This document shows positions 12,711 through 26,867 of a stretch of 64,000 bases of DNA, piece by piece. Under the pieces are notes generated by a model. The model saw nothing but the letters and a program-made list of their open reading frames with translations. It was not told the DNA's origin and ran no database searches. How positions within the stretch are numbered: position 1 is the stretch's first letter; every line of letters begins with the position of its first letter. The position numbers were made by a program, and so were the translations under genes. Source of the stretch: Paragordius varius (taxonomy: Eukaryota > Animalia > Nematomorpha); NCBI GenBank assembly GCA_964247055.1, contig OZ176050.1:14260001-14324000 (forward strand). Direction: 5' to 3'.

Positions 12711-12801
12711 TTCATATTTTTAATTTATATATCTTTTATATTTGTTGATCCGAAGAGGTTAGAAGAATTAACGAAAATTTATCAATAAATTCTTTATATT
12801 A

Positions 12802-13026
12802 CAGTCATGATACTTTATATTACCAATAATTTTTTTTCGTTAAATGGGTTTAAATATTTGGTAAAAAATGGAAAAAGGAAGAGCTCTGTGATAATCCTTA
12901 TACTTTTTTGGTGTATATGATATTGTTAATACTAGAGTGCTCTTGTATTTTCCATTCATTAACAAATATTTATACCCATTTAACCGAAGATAATAAATTT
13001 TTGATAAAATAAAGGATACATGACTG
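12802..13026. mobile_element. TA/CAGT-type MITE (family I)
   Basis: TA-CAGTCATG...CATGACTG-TA, with extended imperfect inverted arms. Confidence 0.65.
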
Positions 13027-13031
13027 TAATA

Positions 13032-13224
13032 CAGTATATGAGTAAGTATACATGGTTAGAAAATTATTGCCAAACAGTATCATACGCAACAAAGAGCAGT
13101 ATTATTGCTTTATAGTATATTTTTTTCCTACTCTTATTAGCCAATAATAATCTCTTTGCTGCATATGCTATTTGGGGCAATAATTAACAACTTTCTAGCA
13201 ATATATATTTACTTACTTATACTG
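13032..13224. mobile_element. TA/CAGT-type MITE (family H, ~195 bp); copies at 58738-58933 and ~61204-61397
   Basis: TA-CAGTAT(A)TGAGTAAG...CTTA(C)TTATACTG-TA. Inverted arms cover most of the element. Three similar copies in the window. Confidence 0.75.
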
Positions 13225-13959
13225 TAAAGTATTATCATCATTTTATAAATGTAAATTGTTATATGTATATATTTATTCAATAATAAAAATTGCACTGATA
13301 TTAATTTTTATAAACTTTTCTTCAATACACATGCTAAAAAAAATATTATAAAAATATGTTTAATATTAATTGCCAATAAAAAGTTGCACAAATCTTAACA
13401 TATTTCTAGTTTTTAGATGGATGAAATTATTTAAATTGCTTTTATATATAAAATAATTATTTGAAATTAACGAGGTATAATAATTTCACAAATTTTCTAT
13501 TTTTTTAAATTCTTATATCAATCCGCCAATTTATGCTTATTTTTATGGATTAAATTATTTAAACGGAAAATATATCTGGCCATTTTTATAAAAAGACTTT
13601 TTTGAACGAAAAAATGGTATACTTGAGTTTAACAATGATGTAGCTAAGATTTACACCAAATTATACAACATATTATTTGAAGAGGTGATGACCTTTTTAA
13701 ATGGGATGGGTTATTATTTTAGAATTGGCTAAATGTGATTAATTGATACTTTGTATTGAATCCGCCAAGGTTTTTTTTAATATATTTTTATTATATTGTT
13801 CTAGGATTCTTTTTACGTGATACTATAAATTTTGAACTTACTATCAAAAATTGTTATAATGGCCACTCAAGCTCAAAATCAAAAAAAGTTATTGATATGC
13901 AGACAAAACTTTAAAACACAACAACAATATTTTTTCAAAGAAAACCATACTTTTTGAAC

Positions 13960-16590
13960 CTTGAGTTTTCCCATATAACTAATTTAATTGATAGCAGAAT
14001 CCCACATCCCATTAAACGGTCACATAGAATATGAAAATCACATCCTATTATATTCAGGTCATGATACCCTTAAACGAAGCAGAGTGGCTTTGATAGTGAT
14101 CAAATAACTTGCCAACTCATTTGAAAATATCCATCCACAGGGCGATAGCATAATATCACTTCGATTGAACTCGTCTCCACAACCAAGAACGCTATTCCAA
14201 ATATATGCCCCTACTAACTCTAACAACGAAGAAGACTTTGAACAATTTTACGAGGCCCTCAGATCAGCTATTAAGAAGGTTCCACAAAAAAGACATGATA
14301 TTTGTACTGGACGACTTTAACGCGATAGTAGGTAATGATAATACACACCAAATCACTGGTGGGAAAGGACAGAATCAAAAACGATAGAAGCGACCGCCTC
14401 ATAGAATTTTGCAGCGAACATAAATTCTTCATATCAAACTTCTTTTTCCAACAACCTAAGAGAAAGCTATACACATGGACCTCACCTTGCAAGAGGCATA
14501 GAAACCAAATCGACTTTATTCTCGGTATGCAAAAACATAAATCTTCATTTATGAACGTAAAAACCTACCCTGGTTCCGACTGTTACTCTTATCGTAATCT
14601 CCTTGTAGCTAAACTTAAAATCAAACTAGTACTCTCACGCAAACCAATATCTCAGCATAAACCTAAATTAGTTTTTCTGCGACCTCCTCCGAGTTTCCTT
14701 TGTTACTTGAAAACAGATTGAAAATACTCGAAATAGACAATGACACTAAAAATCCTTGGAAAACAATACAAAATATCACTAGAACTACAGCCAGAGAATG
14801 CATCCCTATCCAAAATGCCATCATAACAAAATTTAGCTATCACAAAAAAGTTTAGATTTAGCGGACAAACGGCGCCAAGTAAAACGCAATAATACGGAAG
14901 AGTACAAATCATTTAACGCACAGTTCCAAACTCGGACGACAAAAAAGATCACACAATCAGCTGTGCTCAAAATTAAAAAAGGCTGCTAAATATAATAACA
15001 ACTATTTCGCTGAAGTAGATCACATTGCACCACGTAGGTTTAAAAGCCACAAGGCTCCAATGAGAAATGAAGATGGAGATATCATTACAAAAAACACTGG
15101 TGAAACAATGGGAACAATACGTATTAAAACTATACGGCACCAGCCTATAAAACGCCGATGAAAACAGTAATATCTATCAACATGACCGGCAGATCATCAA
15201 AAAAGAAGTTGAATTAGCGCTCATCGGAGGGGTAAAACGATATCACAACCGTCATTCGTTTTATCCCAATTCATATCATAACTGACTTATTCCAAATAAT
15301 ATTTGCTTACGCCTCATTTCCCCAAGATTGGTGCAAATCAATACTCATCCCCATCTTAAAAAAGCGATCCTACATTTAACAACTATAGAATAGCGCTAAT
15401 CAACCAAGCTTCAAAAGTTTTTCTCAAAATAATTTACAGTATCCATAAAAGCCGAACTTTCTAACACCCAAGCGGGATTTAAACCATACGCGGATGTAGG
15501 GACATGATTAGCAATATACGCTAGATATTTAAACACAAATTTCAGAATGAAACCCATATATACTTCATTGATTTATTAAAAACCTTCGACAGCGTGAAGC
15601 ACGACACGCTGTGGAGGCTTTATCTCAGATTGGAGTATCAGATTATATTATTAACATCATCAAATCCCTTTACTCCAATTCATCATTAACCATAAAAACC
15701 CCACACGGCACAAATAATTGGATACGATAAAACAATGGTTAACGACAAGGATGCGTCCCTACACCAACTCTTTTTAACGTTTGCATAGAAAATGTATTAA
15801 TAAATATAGTAAAGCTAATGGCATGACCTATGCTGACGACACTATACTGTTGTCAAATTGTGTGGACAGCCTAAAAAAATCTTTACAGAATTTTCAACTG
15901 AATGTCAAAAATTTGGTTTGACGATTAACCACAAAAAACTAATATTATGAATATAAACGCTAAGAATCATTACAACAATTTATCCTTTGACAACCAAAAA
16001 ATCAAAGTAGTTCCAAATACACTTATTTAAATCTTATCAATACGACTAACAACAGCACCCCCGACATCAGAAGAAGAATAGGAATCGCGAAATCAAAAAT
16101 AAAAAATATAATAAACTATGGTCGTCACATGACATCAATCACAAAACAAATATCCGGTTAGTTAAATCCCTAATATTCCCTGGTATGCTATACGCGTCAG
16201 AATGTTGGACAATAAAAAATGATGACGAAAGATACATTAACGCCTTCGAAATGTTACACTGGCGGATGATACTATAAAACACCTGAAAAGACAAAATAAA
16301 GAACACCGTAATCCTTGGCAAAATAAATCCCGAGATACACCTGATCGGCATGTGTCTGAAAATGAAATTATCATACTTTGGTCACATTACCAGAGATAAT
16401 GACTTGGATTTCCAACTAATGACAGGCAAGGTCGAAGGATCCAGCAAACGTGGTCGCTGCAAGATGCGCTGGATCGAAAACCTAACCAAAGAAACCAATC
16501 TTTCTTGACAACAGCTAACAGCACTCGCTTACAATAGAATAAACTGGAGAAAATATAACTTCGAAAGAGCAATAAATCGACCAATACTTT
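13960..16590 (+). mobile_element. Decayed RTE-clade non-LTR retrotransposon (APE + RT), many frameshifts and stops
   Basis: APE fragments YSGHD, QIYAPT, (G)DFNAIVG, RLIEFC..YTWTSP..RNQIDFIL..YPGSD. RT fragments NYRIALI..ASKVFLKII, RQGC..PTLFN, YADD. C-terminal FGHITRD..GKVEG..RGR..RW. Confidence 0.9.
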
Positions 16591-16679
16591 ATATTTCATA
16601 CTCAATAAAATAAAAAACAATGATTAAAAAGTACAGCAGCTTTTTGATAAAATATGCTTTCTTTCTGTTTTTACGTTTT

Positions 16680-17002
16680 GTATGCAAGTTTGTGAGAAAG
16701 GCTTGTTTAAATACAGAAAGAGGAATGCAAAAAATTTCAATATAGAAAAGAAAATAGAATACAGAAATAGAAACAATGTGTGCCAAAATTTTGAATCATT
16801 TTAATGTAGCGAATTTTTTTATTATAAATTGGGTAAAAAATAAAAATTACCAAAATTAAATCTAAAGAAAATAATTTTATATTAAAATAAGCGAAAATTC
16901 GTTTATGTGTATTTTTAAAAAATTATCAAAAAAAATAATTTAAGTATCAATATGGTCATGGGGTGATTTTAAAGCATTAGGGTCGCGGTTTGAGTACCAT
17001 TG
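16680..17002 (-). mobile_element. Fragment of the 5' end of the hAT element at 18122-21088; holds an empty TTAA site (16707-16710) for MITE-B
   Basis: Aligns with 20226-20255 plus 20796-21088 and ends in gcggtttgagtaccattg. Confidence 0.75.
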
Positions 17003-18349
17003 TTCCAGAGTCTAAAATTGGGGCAGTTCTATAATCACCATTAAACGAACAGCCGATATAAAAATCAAATATAACAAGTTTTTGCTGGTACAGCCTGAAA
17101 AAGTTAAATATTTACATTTTCTAAGCAAATACAATTATTTGCTTGTTGCATTGGCGTTATAGAAAAAATGTTTGAGGAGGATTTTTTTATAATTTCCTAT
17201 TTTTTAATTTTTGTCGTAAATGTGCCTAAAAGGTGAAACAAAGCATATTTTTAAATGCAGAATACATCAAATTTTTAATTTAATCATATTTTAAACCGGT
17301 AGACCCATTCAAATCCAAATGTTAAAAAATATAATCAGTAATGAATGGCCGACAATAACTTCGCCTTTTTTTTGAATTAGGTCCCCAGTAAGGGCCACCC
17401 CGTGTAAAAAAGGGTTTTTTTTCGAAACACCAAGTCCACAAAAATCGTGTCTTTGAGACAATTTTCCTGAAAACGTGTTGGGCCATTTGAATTAAAATAT
17501 GATTTTTTACATATTTCGATGGCGCCTGCCCTCTTTTTACTCACACCCGCCGTAAAATGACACTTATTTATAAAAAAATTAAGTCCGCAAAAATAATTTT
17601 TTGAACCTATTTTCGCTTAACGTATGAGACCGTAAAAATTCGATGAGAATTCCAGGTAATCCCTGTTAAAGGGCAAAAATTTTAAGGCGTTTCATTAATA
17701 ATTGATGTGTAAGGAGATACCCGCTAAAAACTGACCCGTCATATCGAAATGGGGTGCCTTTGGGGCTAAATTTCAGAAAAACCATCAAACAATATGAGTT
17801 CAATGCTTAAAATATTAACCGCAACAAGGCAAACATTTAGGTCGGGTTTTTTAAATTAGCCGTCATTACGCCTAAAAAACTCGCTATCATTGAACAATTG
17901 TTAAAGCCATTCTTCCATAAACTATTAAAAACATATTGAATGAATAATGATTCCAGGTATTCCCATAAAAAGGCAAAAAATATTAGAGATATCTTTTTTA
18001 TATTGGCCTCTGAGTAGGGGGCTAGCTGCGCAAAAATGCGTCACTATATCGATACAGCATGCCTTTGGAGCCAAATTTCAGAAAACCTATGAGGCTATGT
18101 GAGTTTAATAAGGGCCTAAAACAGTGGGATTCATTAAAAAAAGACGGGCCAAATAAAGTATATTTTTTTCGAGGATGAACCTTATAATGGCAAATATTCC
18201 ATAGATATTTGAACATATGCACATATTTATACTCTAAATCAGCACAATTTATATTTTGCGGATAGAATGTAAACCCAGCTACAAACATGTTAAAAAATTA
18301 AATTATTTTGATAACAACATTTATTTTGATATTAACTAATAATTTTTGA

Positions 18350-19920
18350 ATTATTTCAACTCATGACAGGCCAATATTGCTACGTTGTCCATATAATCAT
18401 CGGTTAGGCGATTACTCTATGTATTCTTGGCATACTTCATTTTAAATATGCCGTTTCACACGTGTAATTTGAGGGAAAAACAGTTAGGATAACTTGAGCA
18501 CATTATTAATATTTACATATTTATTTGGCACAGCTTGCCAAAACTCTACATATCTTTCTTATCGATTTTCCTTGAATATAGCTCTTAAAATGGAATCATT
18601 TGTAAAACTACAAATTCAATGATATGCTCCTGATTAAAACCGAAATGCTTAAATTGCTTGATATTGGATATCTCATATATCATGGATTTTCAACGAGTTG
18701 GAAGCAATGTTTAATTTTTTCAATTATTAAAATCTGAATTTCATCTCATTAGATAAAAATGTTAAATGATTGTCTGTTATTAAACTAATCTCCGCGGTAA
18801 ATTCTATATTTTCTTCCTGAATCGTTTTAAGTTTTGAAAAATATGGGAGTGTTTTTGTAAATTCTTGTTTATATATTATTGATTTTTCTTCAAAAGCAAA
18901 TATTTGATTAGTATTGATTTATTATTTTGCTCCCTTGAAGACTTGTATTTAAAATACTAAGTTTATAAGTAAGTTGCAAAGGTAGGCTAATAAAACTCAC
19001 CATTCACTATTAATCCTGTCACACTTTCTGTTATCTTTTATAATTAGATTTCATGTCTTAAAACAAAAAAAATCTATTTTTGCTGAGGCTATCTCACAAC
19101 GGTGTACAAAAGAATATCATCAAATTCACTGTGGATTGTTTCAGAAGGTTTTTGAATTTACGGCGGTTGAATTTTCTGCCACGAATGTGGTTAACACAAC
19201 CGTTTTAATTACTAAATTGGGTGATTTCACACTTTTTACTCGAAACCAAGTTTTGCTGAATAAAGCAGTGGAAGAATTATTATTTTGCAGATGTTTGTTT
19301 TTCAAAAGAATAATAAATCCTTTGTTTATTCAATCATAGAGGGACAGCCATCTGTGCAGATCGAAACCAATTTTTTTGTAGATATACCATTATTATCGAA
19401 AAAGTGCTAATTATTTCGAGAAAATCACTTCCTTTCATGTTTTATTCATTGGTAAAAATTTTGAATATTCCTCGTTGGTTATGTTGTAGTTGAAAATCTC
19501 ACGAAGAGCACACACTGAGGTGTCGAACAAATATCAGTGCTAGAATCAATAACTAAAATATTTGCAGTTTCACACCAATAATATTGTTGAAAAATATATT
19601 TACACATATTTTCAATGCCTAAAACAGATGTTGAGTCAGATAATTAAAGTTATTTAATTCGCCCCATGATTTGATCTTTATTATGGAATTCATCATAAAA
19701 AGCGCAACCATTTTTTTAGTTGGGAATCAGTAAACGATATTTTTTCCTAAAATATACCAAATTTCATCCGCAGCTAATGTTACAGCTTTTTCCTGGGAGA
19801 TAGCACTGGACATAATAGATTTTTTTTTTCTGTAATTCCTACTTTTCATATTTTTCGTTTCTTTCCTCATGATTTTCTGGTAATTTATGAGAAGGATGTT
19901 TTGTAAAATGTCTTCCAATA
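18350..19920 (-). pseudogene. hAT transposase remnant
   Basis: Manual translation gives IDSSTDICSTPQCVLFVRF, LVSICTDGCPSM, HIRGRKFNRRKFKNLL, EFDDILLYTVVR and FPSNYTCET..MKYAKN..RLTDD, matching the DE(S)TD, TDG, W-containing and hATC motifs of Buster-type enzymes. Many stops and frameshifts. Confidence 0.85.
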
Positions 19921-20255
19921 TTCTGTTTTTTGATTATGTTGTCCTACATATAAGGCAGTTAACAACATTTTTATTTAAAACGACAAAGAATTGTTCTTCC
20001 CATTCTTTTAAGGGAACGACTTTTTCAACGGATAATTTACGTTTTCATTAGATGTCACATCCTTTGAATTTATGTCCAAATATTATATTTTTTAAAAAAA
20101 ATAGGAATAAAATTTATATTATGCTATAAAAAAACAGGTCGAAATTCAATCATGTTGATTTGAAAAATATTTTATGGGAAAAAGTTATAAAAAATGATGC
20201 AGGGTAGCAATGAAAAGAATATGTATATGCAAGTTTGGGTGAAAGGCTTGCTTAA

Positions 20256-20795
20256 CACTACGATTCAAATTGGGGTATTTAAATACCCCAGACTATATAT
20301 AAATTGAAATTTTTAAAAAACTACCTAAAGAAACGGTCCCAATATGCTACAAACCTAATAAAATTTTTAAATAAGCCGAAATATCTAAATAAAACTTAGA
20401 TTTGAAAAAAAGTTCCATATCAAACTACTCGCCGCTTTTGCAAAATATCATGTTTATTTGATTTTAAAGATAAAATGAAAGCTAATTAATCATTTAAATC
20501 ACATTTAACAGTGATAAAAACAGATAGAGCGATTATTTATACTATTTTTAAATTTATCTATATGTCATTTGGACTAAATATTTACCTTTCGGTTATACAT
20601 TAAAATAAGTAATATCAAGTATTTTTGAATTAAATTTTTTATATATTTCGGTTTATTAATGTTATATAGGTGCAAAATTCAGCCATGTTTTAGATTTCTT
20701 TCCTATTTTTGAATTATTTAATTTAAACAGGCCTGGGGTATCCAACTACCCCAAATTGAATCGAAGGATGGAAATGAATGTGTTGTATCCAAGTG
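20256..20795. mobile_element. MITE-B (piggyBac-like) inserted in the hAT 5' region
   Basis: TTAA-CACTACGATTCAAATTGGGG...GTATCCAAGTG-T-TTAA. The uninterrupted homologous site is at 16707. Confidence 0.85.
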
Positions 20796-23783
20796 TTTAA
20801 TGCAAAAGAGGAATGCAATAAAAATTTCAAAATAGAAAAGAAAATAGAATACGGAAACAAAAACAACGCGTGTACCAAAAATTTTAAAATTTTTTTAGAT
20901 TTAAATTGGGAATAAATAATAATTATCAAAATTAAATCTAAAGAAAATAAATATTTTTAAAATAAGCCAAAATTCGTTTAAAAATTCATCAATAAAAAAA
21001 TAATTTAAGTATCAATATGGTCATAGGGCAATTTTAAAGCACTGTTAGACCCGCCTGCGGCCCGCGGGCCGCGGTTTGAGTACCATTGGCCCATATTTAT
21101 TACCCCTTACAAATATTTTAGTATAGGGGGTTAAATGAGTCGCTAAGAAAAGTTTTCTGAAAAATTCGCCGCCTTAAAACAATTATTTAGTTTTGAAGCA
21201 ATATTTCCAAGAACTTATAGGAACATATGGACGTTATTAAATATTCCCCATATAAAAACAAAAATTTTGCCCGACGCTTTTTTATACCTGCCTCTGGGTA
21301 AGAAGATAGCCGTCAAAAACTGTGCCACTATATAGAAATTGCGTTGTTTTGGAACTAATTTAAACTCAAGCCATATGAGCTCATTTAAAGTTCGAATACA
21401 CGTAACTAGGTAAAAATTAATTCAGTCGTTAATTTGGGGCTATTATGCCCTAATACGCCATCATATAAGGGTTATTTAATGTTAATTTTTCAATTAACCC
21501 ATGAGACGATGGTCTCAAAGATGATTCCAAATATTTTCCTTATATAGGCAAAGAATTTAACGTAGCGCTTATAGGCCTAAGGGTAGGGGTGTATCCGTTT
21601 AAAACTGAGACACCATACAAAAATGGCGTGTCTTTGAAGCTAATAAAAAAAGAAGCCATGCAAATTCGATGAATATTACCCATAAAAGTTTAAAATTATA
21701 GTATAGTGGTTTTTTACGTTAGCCGTCAATTTTTGGCCCTATACACCAGTAAACAATATAATAGTATGAATGCACCGTTTTGAAAATCTTATGAGATCAT
21801 AGTTACTAAATAATGTTTCGGAATAATCCACATATGTGGATTATTTTATTGATCCCTTTTTTCAAATAGCCCCCCTCCCAGAAGTCCGAAGGACTTCCTC
21901 GGGTTGCGTATTTACAATAACTATTATTCATTTTCATTTATTGATAAAATAGCTAAAACATTAAATTAAACAAACAGAGTTTGAGGGAAAAAAGGAGCAA
22001 AAAAGGTATAATGTATTTGAAATTGAACTCGCTTCCATTAGGCCACCCTAAAAATGAAAATAAAAGTATATTTGATTATATAAATATTATCAAAAATTCA
22101 TACAGAAAAATATAACATAATACAGACTCTATAGTTAAGCAATTGGTCTTCAAAATTGCTGTTATTGCATATTATGAAAAATACACTGTGAATATAATTT
22201 GTCTGGGATGTGTTTGTACTGAAGGCTTATATTTTAAAATAAAATTAAGCTTAATTATAAAACGCGGTAAAATTCAATAAATGTTATGTTTAATATTAAC
22301 GCTGCATATTTGAATATAATGCAAAAATCTAAACATTTAACTCTCTACGGTATATAAAAAGGTATAAATTTAAATATATTATAAATTAAAGCCTAATTTT
22401 TAAAATAATATGAAAAAAAATTTAATTTGTAAGATGTATTTAACATAAAATAGGAATATATATAGTTTTAGCATAATAATTTTATACAAAGCTTTACCAT
22501 AAATTAACTAGTTATTTAATATCCCAAAAAGTTTAACAAAAAATGATATTTGCAGCCACATTAGTTGTTATGTAACATCATTCACACGTCCTAGTGTATG
22601 GATGATTAAAAAAAACTTAAAGCTTTTAAATGGTTTATATATTATATTAGCTGTTTAGCAAATTTTGGTTTTTGCTTTAATTCTTAGTAAATTGAATGCC
22701 TCTAATTATTTAATTTAAGTCTACGAAGCCGCCAACGTAACCTATTAAATATGGAGCTAAAATAATTATTCATCCACATCGTATTATACTTTTGGTGATA
22801 GAAATAATTGTGTCAGATTTTGCAATTTAATAAATATATTATCAATATACCAATTAGCTTATACCAATTATCATGAATATTGCTTTAAATTTCTTGGAAT
22901 ACAACGTTAACTAAAAAAGTATTAGGTATATATAAGCTAATAAAAATAATCCCAACTTAATCATTCCGTAACACAGGAAATAATTATTTTTATGAAGAAC
23001 ACAAATTTATAGAATGTCTATTAATTTTAAAATAGGATAAAATTCTTTTTGCCTTAAAATCGTGTCTTTAACTGTGAAAACCTAAAAAAGACAATTATAA
23101 GTCCGATTGTTTATCGTCATGCTTCCAGCATGAATCAAGTCGAAATTAATATTTTAGGGTATTTTTCATCTCTGATAAAAAGGTTAATATTATATAGATC
23201 GAAAATATTTTAAAATCTTACGAATTTATAACGTATTGAGTTACAATGCCGTCACATCCGGTAACCTAAATATAGTATATATCTAAAAAATCCATAGCAA
23301 ATCAAATTTATCAATAAGTTTCTCATTATTATCAAATCTATTTATATAGAATAGGATGATCTAATTTTATTAACTTTACATGCGACATATTAAATTGGAA
23401 ATATATTTGATAATTATAGGCCAATTATTTTTGTACAAAAATTTATAAATCTTTAAAAAATTAAAAATTTAATATTTGAAATTTTAACGCCCTATATTTG
23501 TTGTTCAATTTATATCTTGTTATCTTTTTATCAAGAAAGTTTCGGTTGCTTGCTCAGGGCTGACAGCGATTATAAATAAGTTTTTTATAAACATATCTTT
23601 ACCTTATACTACTATTAACAACATTTCTCCTCTTCATTTCACATTCATGCATATAAATTATATATCCATAATCTTTTTAAGTTTAATAATAATCAATAAG
23701 TTTTTATGCTTTATAAACACCAATGTAATAAATTGCTATATGAATGATGATGATAGTTATTATAAATATTTCATGTATTTTAC

Positions 23784-23940
23784 CCTAAATTCAACAGGGG
23801 TATTAATCGCAGCAAAAGTAATTGTGTGATTGACCAGGCTCCCAAGTTTTCCGAAATAAGTTGCAGTAATTCCTACGGGCGGAGTTGCACTCAGCGTATC
23901 ATTTACACCTTTGATGGTGATGGTGTTTCCACCCCTGTCT
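23784..23940 (-). CDS. Putative internal exon, probably of the same or a neighbouring unknown gene
   Basis: AG/GT-bounded open frame RGGNTITIKGVNDTLSATPPVGITATYFGKLGSLVNHTITFAAINTPVEFR, higher GC than its flanks, with N-x-T sequons. Confidence 0.45.
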
Positions 23941-25675
23941 ATAACTAAAGCAATGGTTTAACAAAATTTATCTATGGGTAGAGTATTAAGCAATGGATTG
24001 GGTTTTTTAACAATATTTTATCCATACATACGTAAACAACTACAATAATTTGTTATAATATCTATTAGTTATGGTAGTTTGTGCCCTCACATTTATTGAT
24101 TCTAATAAATCCATGGAATATATGGTATGTGTTAAACTTTTTATGAAGATTAGTTTGGCACAAAATTTTAAAAATAAATTAGAAACTTGATTGTACATAT
24201 TTTGCGGTAAAAACTATTTTAAACTGTAACGATATCCTGACTCGGTTAGATAACAAAAAGATTAGTCAAATTTGCACCGTCCCTCGCGGGCTAAGCGTTT
24301 TAATTCTACTCAGATGTAAGTGGCTATCAATAAAACTAATTTGCTACGGGTGAAAACTTTAGCTGAATAATAGGAAACCAACGATTTTTAAACTTAATTA
24401 GGCCAATTTTAAAAGTCAATCAAGAAAAAAGAGATATATATATAAGATATTCGTTGTGCGGGGGACCGCCATTGAATTAAAAACGGTGGTCGTCGAATTG
24501 TCATTAGCTTAATAATGAAATGGTCAGTGGTGGGCGGTCAATTGGTACAATACCAAATTGATGCATCAGATTATAAATACTTCATCAAGATATTTTTTGT
24601 GGGTAAACACACAATAAATTATGTCATGGCGTTATATAATAAGGTATGATATGGAATATCTTTAAAGAGAGATTTAATCGATAATAAAAAAAAATCAACC
24701 AGAAAGTCATCAAAATGATTGAATTCATATGTCTCGAATCGTGCACATACATCAGTGATCGGTATATAAACTAATTTAATAAGCAATACAAATGGCCTAA
24801 ATAAAATATACAACATTGTTGCGTATAAATACAAAGAAAGGGTACAGGAAAATGGTGAAATGATATATAATGTAGTGTTTAAAGATGCTATGTTTAAGGA
24901 GAGTTATATTTGATTTTCAATTAAATTTATCCTTTTCACTTTTTTTATTGGTATTGAGAAGGTGCGGTGCTTAAGTGGGCCTCAATCAAACTATAATAAT
25001 ACAAAAACAATAACCGAATCCCCCTCCAGCCACTGATGTAATCAGCTGTTATAAGCAGAGAGCTTCCTCCAAAAAAACTGTTCAAACAAGTTTGATAAAT
25101 TTTGTAAGAAGAAATTTATCCAGCATTACTGACCATTTAATCTTATCTTTTAATTAATATGCCCCTTGCGCGGCATACTTAACAACACGAAATCAACAGG
25201 TTTTCATCAAATAATAGAACCTAATTTGCCTTTAAACCATTTTAGAAACACCAGAATTTCTTGAATCAGAGCTGCACCTATGATAACAAACAAAAGGTAA
25301 AATACAAACATATAGTTGTATACTTATAAACCAAACAATCCTGACAAACTTTTTTACCTTAATTGATAAAAAGATCGATGAATTATTTTTCATTTTTGGT
25401 TGTTTGTACATAAAAACATACTTGTTACTTTTTACGTTTCATCTTTACATGTCATTTTTTTGTTTTTGTTGTATATGGCAATGAATCCAAAAAAAATTAT
25501 TAAGCCGCAAATCTTTTTTATCTTGTCTGCCGCGATATAACACCGATAAAAATTTCATAATTGTTTGACACATTTGCAGTTATTTATTTTCAAATAAGGT
25601 ATACTTAAATTAAAAAGAACTTTTAAGAGACGCGGCTTGAGTACCACTGCTGTATTTAAATAATAAAAGATATAC

Positions 25676-26867
25676 CCAATTGACATTTTTCCATAAGGAG
25701 AGTATACATATTTAGGGTGCAAGCAGCGCCAGCAGCTTGATTGAAAGTTGAAACTGTATTTGAGTATGCGAATGTTGTTCTTGGTGCCTCCAGAAGAGTA
25801 GTCGTGGATCCAGTTGTTATTTGGCAAGCTCCTATATTTTAAGGTAAAAATGATGGCTTTATATGTAGGATATCATAGTAAGACAAAATATAAATATATA
25901 AAGACGATCTTTCCCCAATAAAAAGCATAACTTAAGCATTAATTTTACATTGTTTCTATATAATTGCAAATGTGAAATATATAACTCATTTTGATACCAA
26001 TTTACACTACTATTATTAAAGACTAATTTATATCTAAAAATCAATTATATGGTTGTCGTTTAGAATATTTATATTTTCACGTTTTGTCCGTATAATTTCA
26101 TTTTTTTGCGAAAAAAATTTTTATATTAAGTGAGTTATTTCAAAATTTATTTTCAAAAAAAGGATTGATGCGCGTTGGAAGAGTTTTTTAAGCAAAACTT
26201 AGAGTATTTTGAGGCAAATATGACTTTAAATAATTTGATGTATTTAACACAACGGTTTGGTTTTAGAGTGCACTAATTTAAAATTTTTAATTGTATAAGT
26301 TATTGTAAATTAAAATATATAAATAACCGGGTGATTACAGTATTTTATGCATATTGACCTTGGAAGAATTTAAATATTTTTTTAAAATATGAAATATTTT
26401 GGGTGGAATTTAACATATAAATTATTGTCTTTGATATTAATTTTGCCATCCTAACATGATTTACAGTATAAATTAAAGGGCAAAACGTAAATAAAGGAAA
26501 AAAAAATTTTCAAAAGAAAACCATAGTTTTTGAATCTTAATTTTATGAAAGCCTGAAAAAGAGATGTTTATAAATATATTTACAACAGTAATTAAACATT
26601 TTACAAGGGAGGTTTAAAAAAGCAGGGTTGTATCTTTTGAAAAAAAATTGTCTTTATATTTTTACATTCCACATAATTTCCAGAGACTGTAAAAACCAAA
26701 AATTATTTTTTCTAATTATAATTGTATGTATATATATATATATAATATTAGACAAATTAGAATATAATATTTTTGAATTAATTTATACCTCTGATCGAAC
26801 TATCTTTCAAAACTACGAAAAAGAATATGGCGCATAAAAACGTTACGTTAAGCTTGTTTGATGCCAT
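25676..26867 (-). CDS. Putative first two coding exons (26867-26789, 25831-25676) of an unknown secreted or membrane protein
   Basis: Exon 1 MASNKLNVTFLCAIFFFVVLKDSSIR(G) is signal-peptide-like and ends in a phase-1 GT. Exon 2 follows an AG in phase 1: GACQITTGSTTTLLEAPRTTFAYSNTVSTFNQAAGAACTLNMYTLLMEKCQL, with mostly A/T-ending codons. No family recognised. Confidence 0.5.

Larger units (their letters stand above)
18122..21088 (-). mobile_element. Old Buster-group hAT transposon (GTF2IRD2/ZBED-like transposase), carrying a MITE-B insertion
   Basis: Degenerate TIRs CAGTGGGATTCA / CAATGGTACTCA; subterminal GCGGCCCGCGGGCCGC; degenerate 8-bp TSD GCCTAAAA / GCCCATAT. Confidence 0.7.
17290..21911. 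repeat. Family D element (17290-18121 plus 21097-21911), split by a nested hAT
   Basis: Joining the two halves gives sequence collinear with the reverse complement of the 45135-47070 copy (agggcctaaaa|..ttattacccctt vs agggcttacaatatttttacccctt). Confidence 0.75.

Noticed and set aside
24447-24912. A + strand multi-exon model using 22-, 25-, 59- and 22-nt introns
   Set aside because: It can be assembled, but there is no homology anchor, one donor is atypical (GTGGTC), and it conflicts with - strand exon candidates. In AT-rich DNA such models arise by chance.
25555-25827. ORF-track protein MPNNNWIHDYSS...
   Set aside because: Many codons end in C, against the genome's bias. The overlapping frame GACQITTG... 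fits the splice phases and codon usage better.
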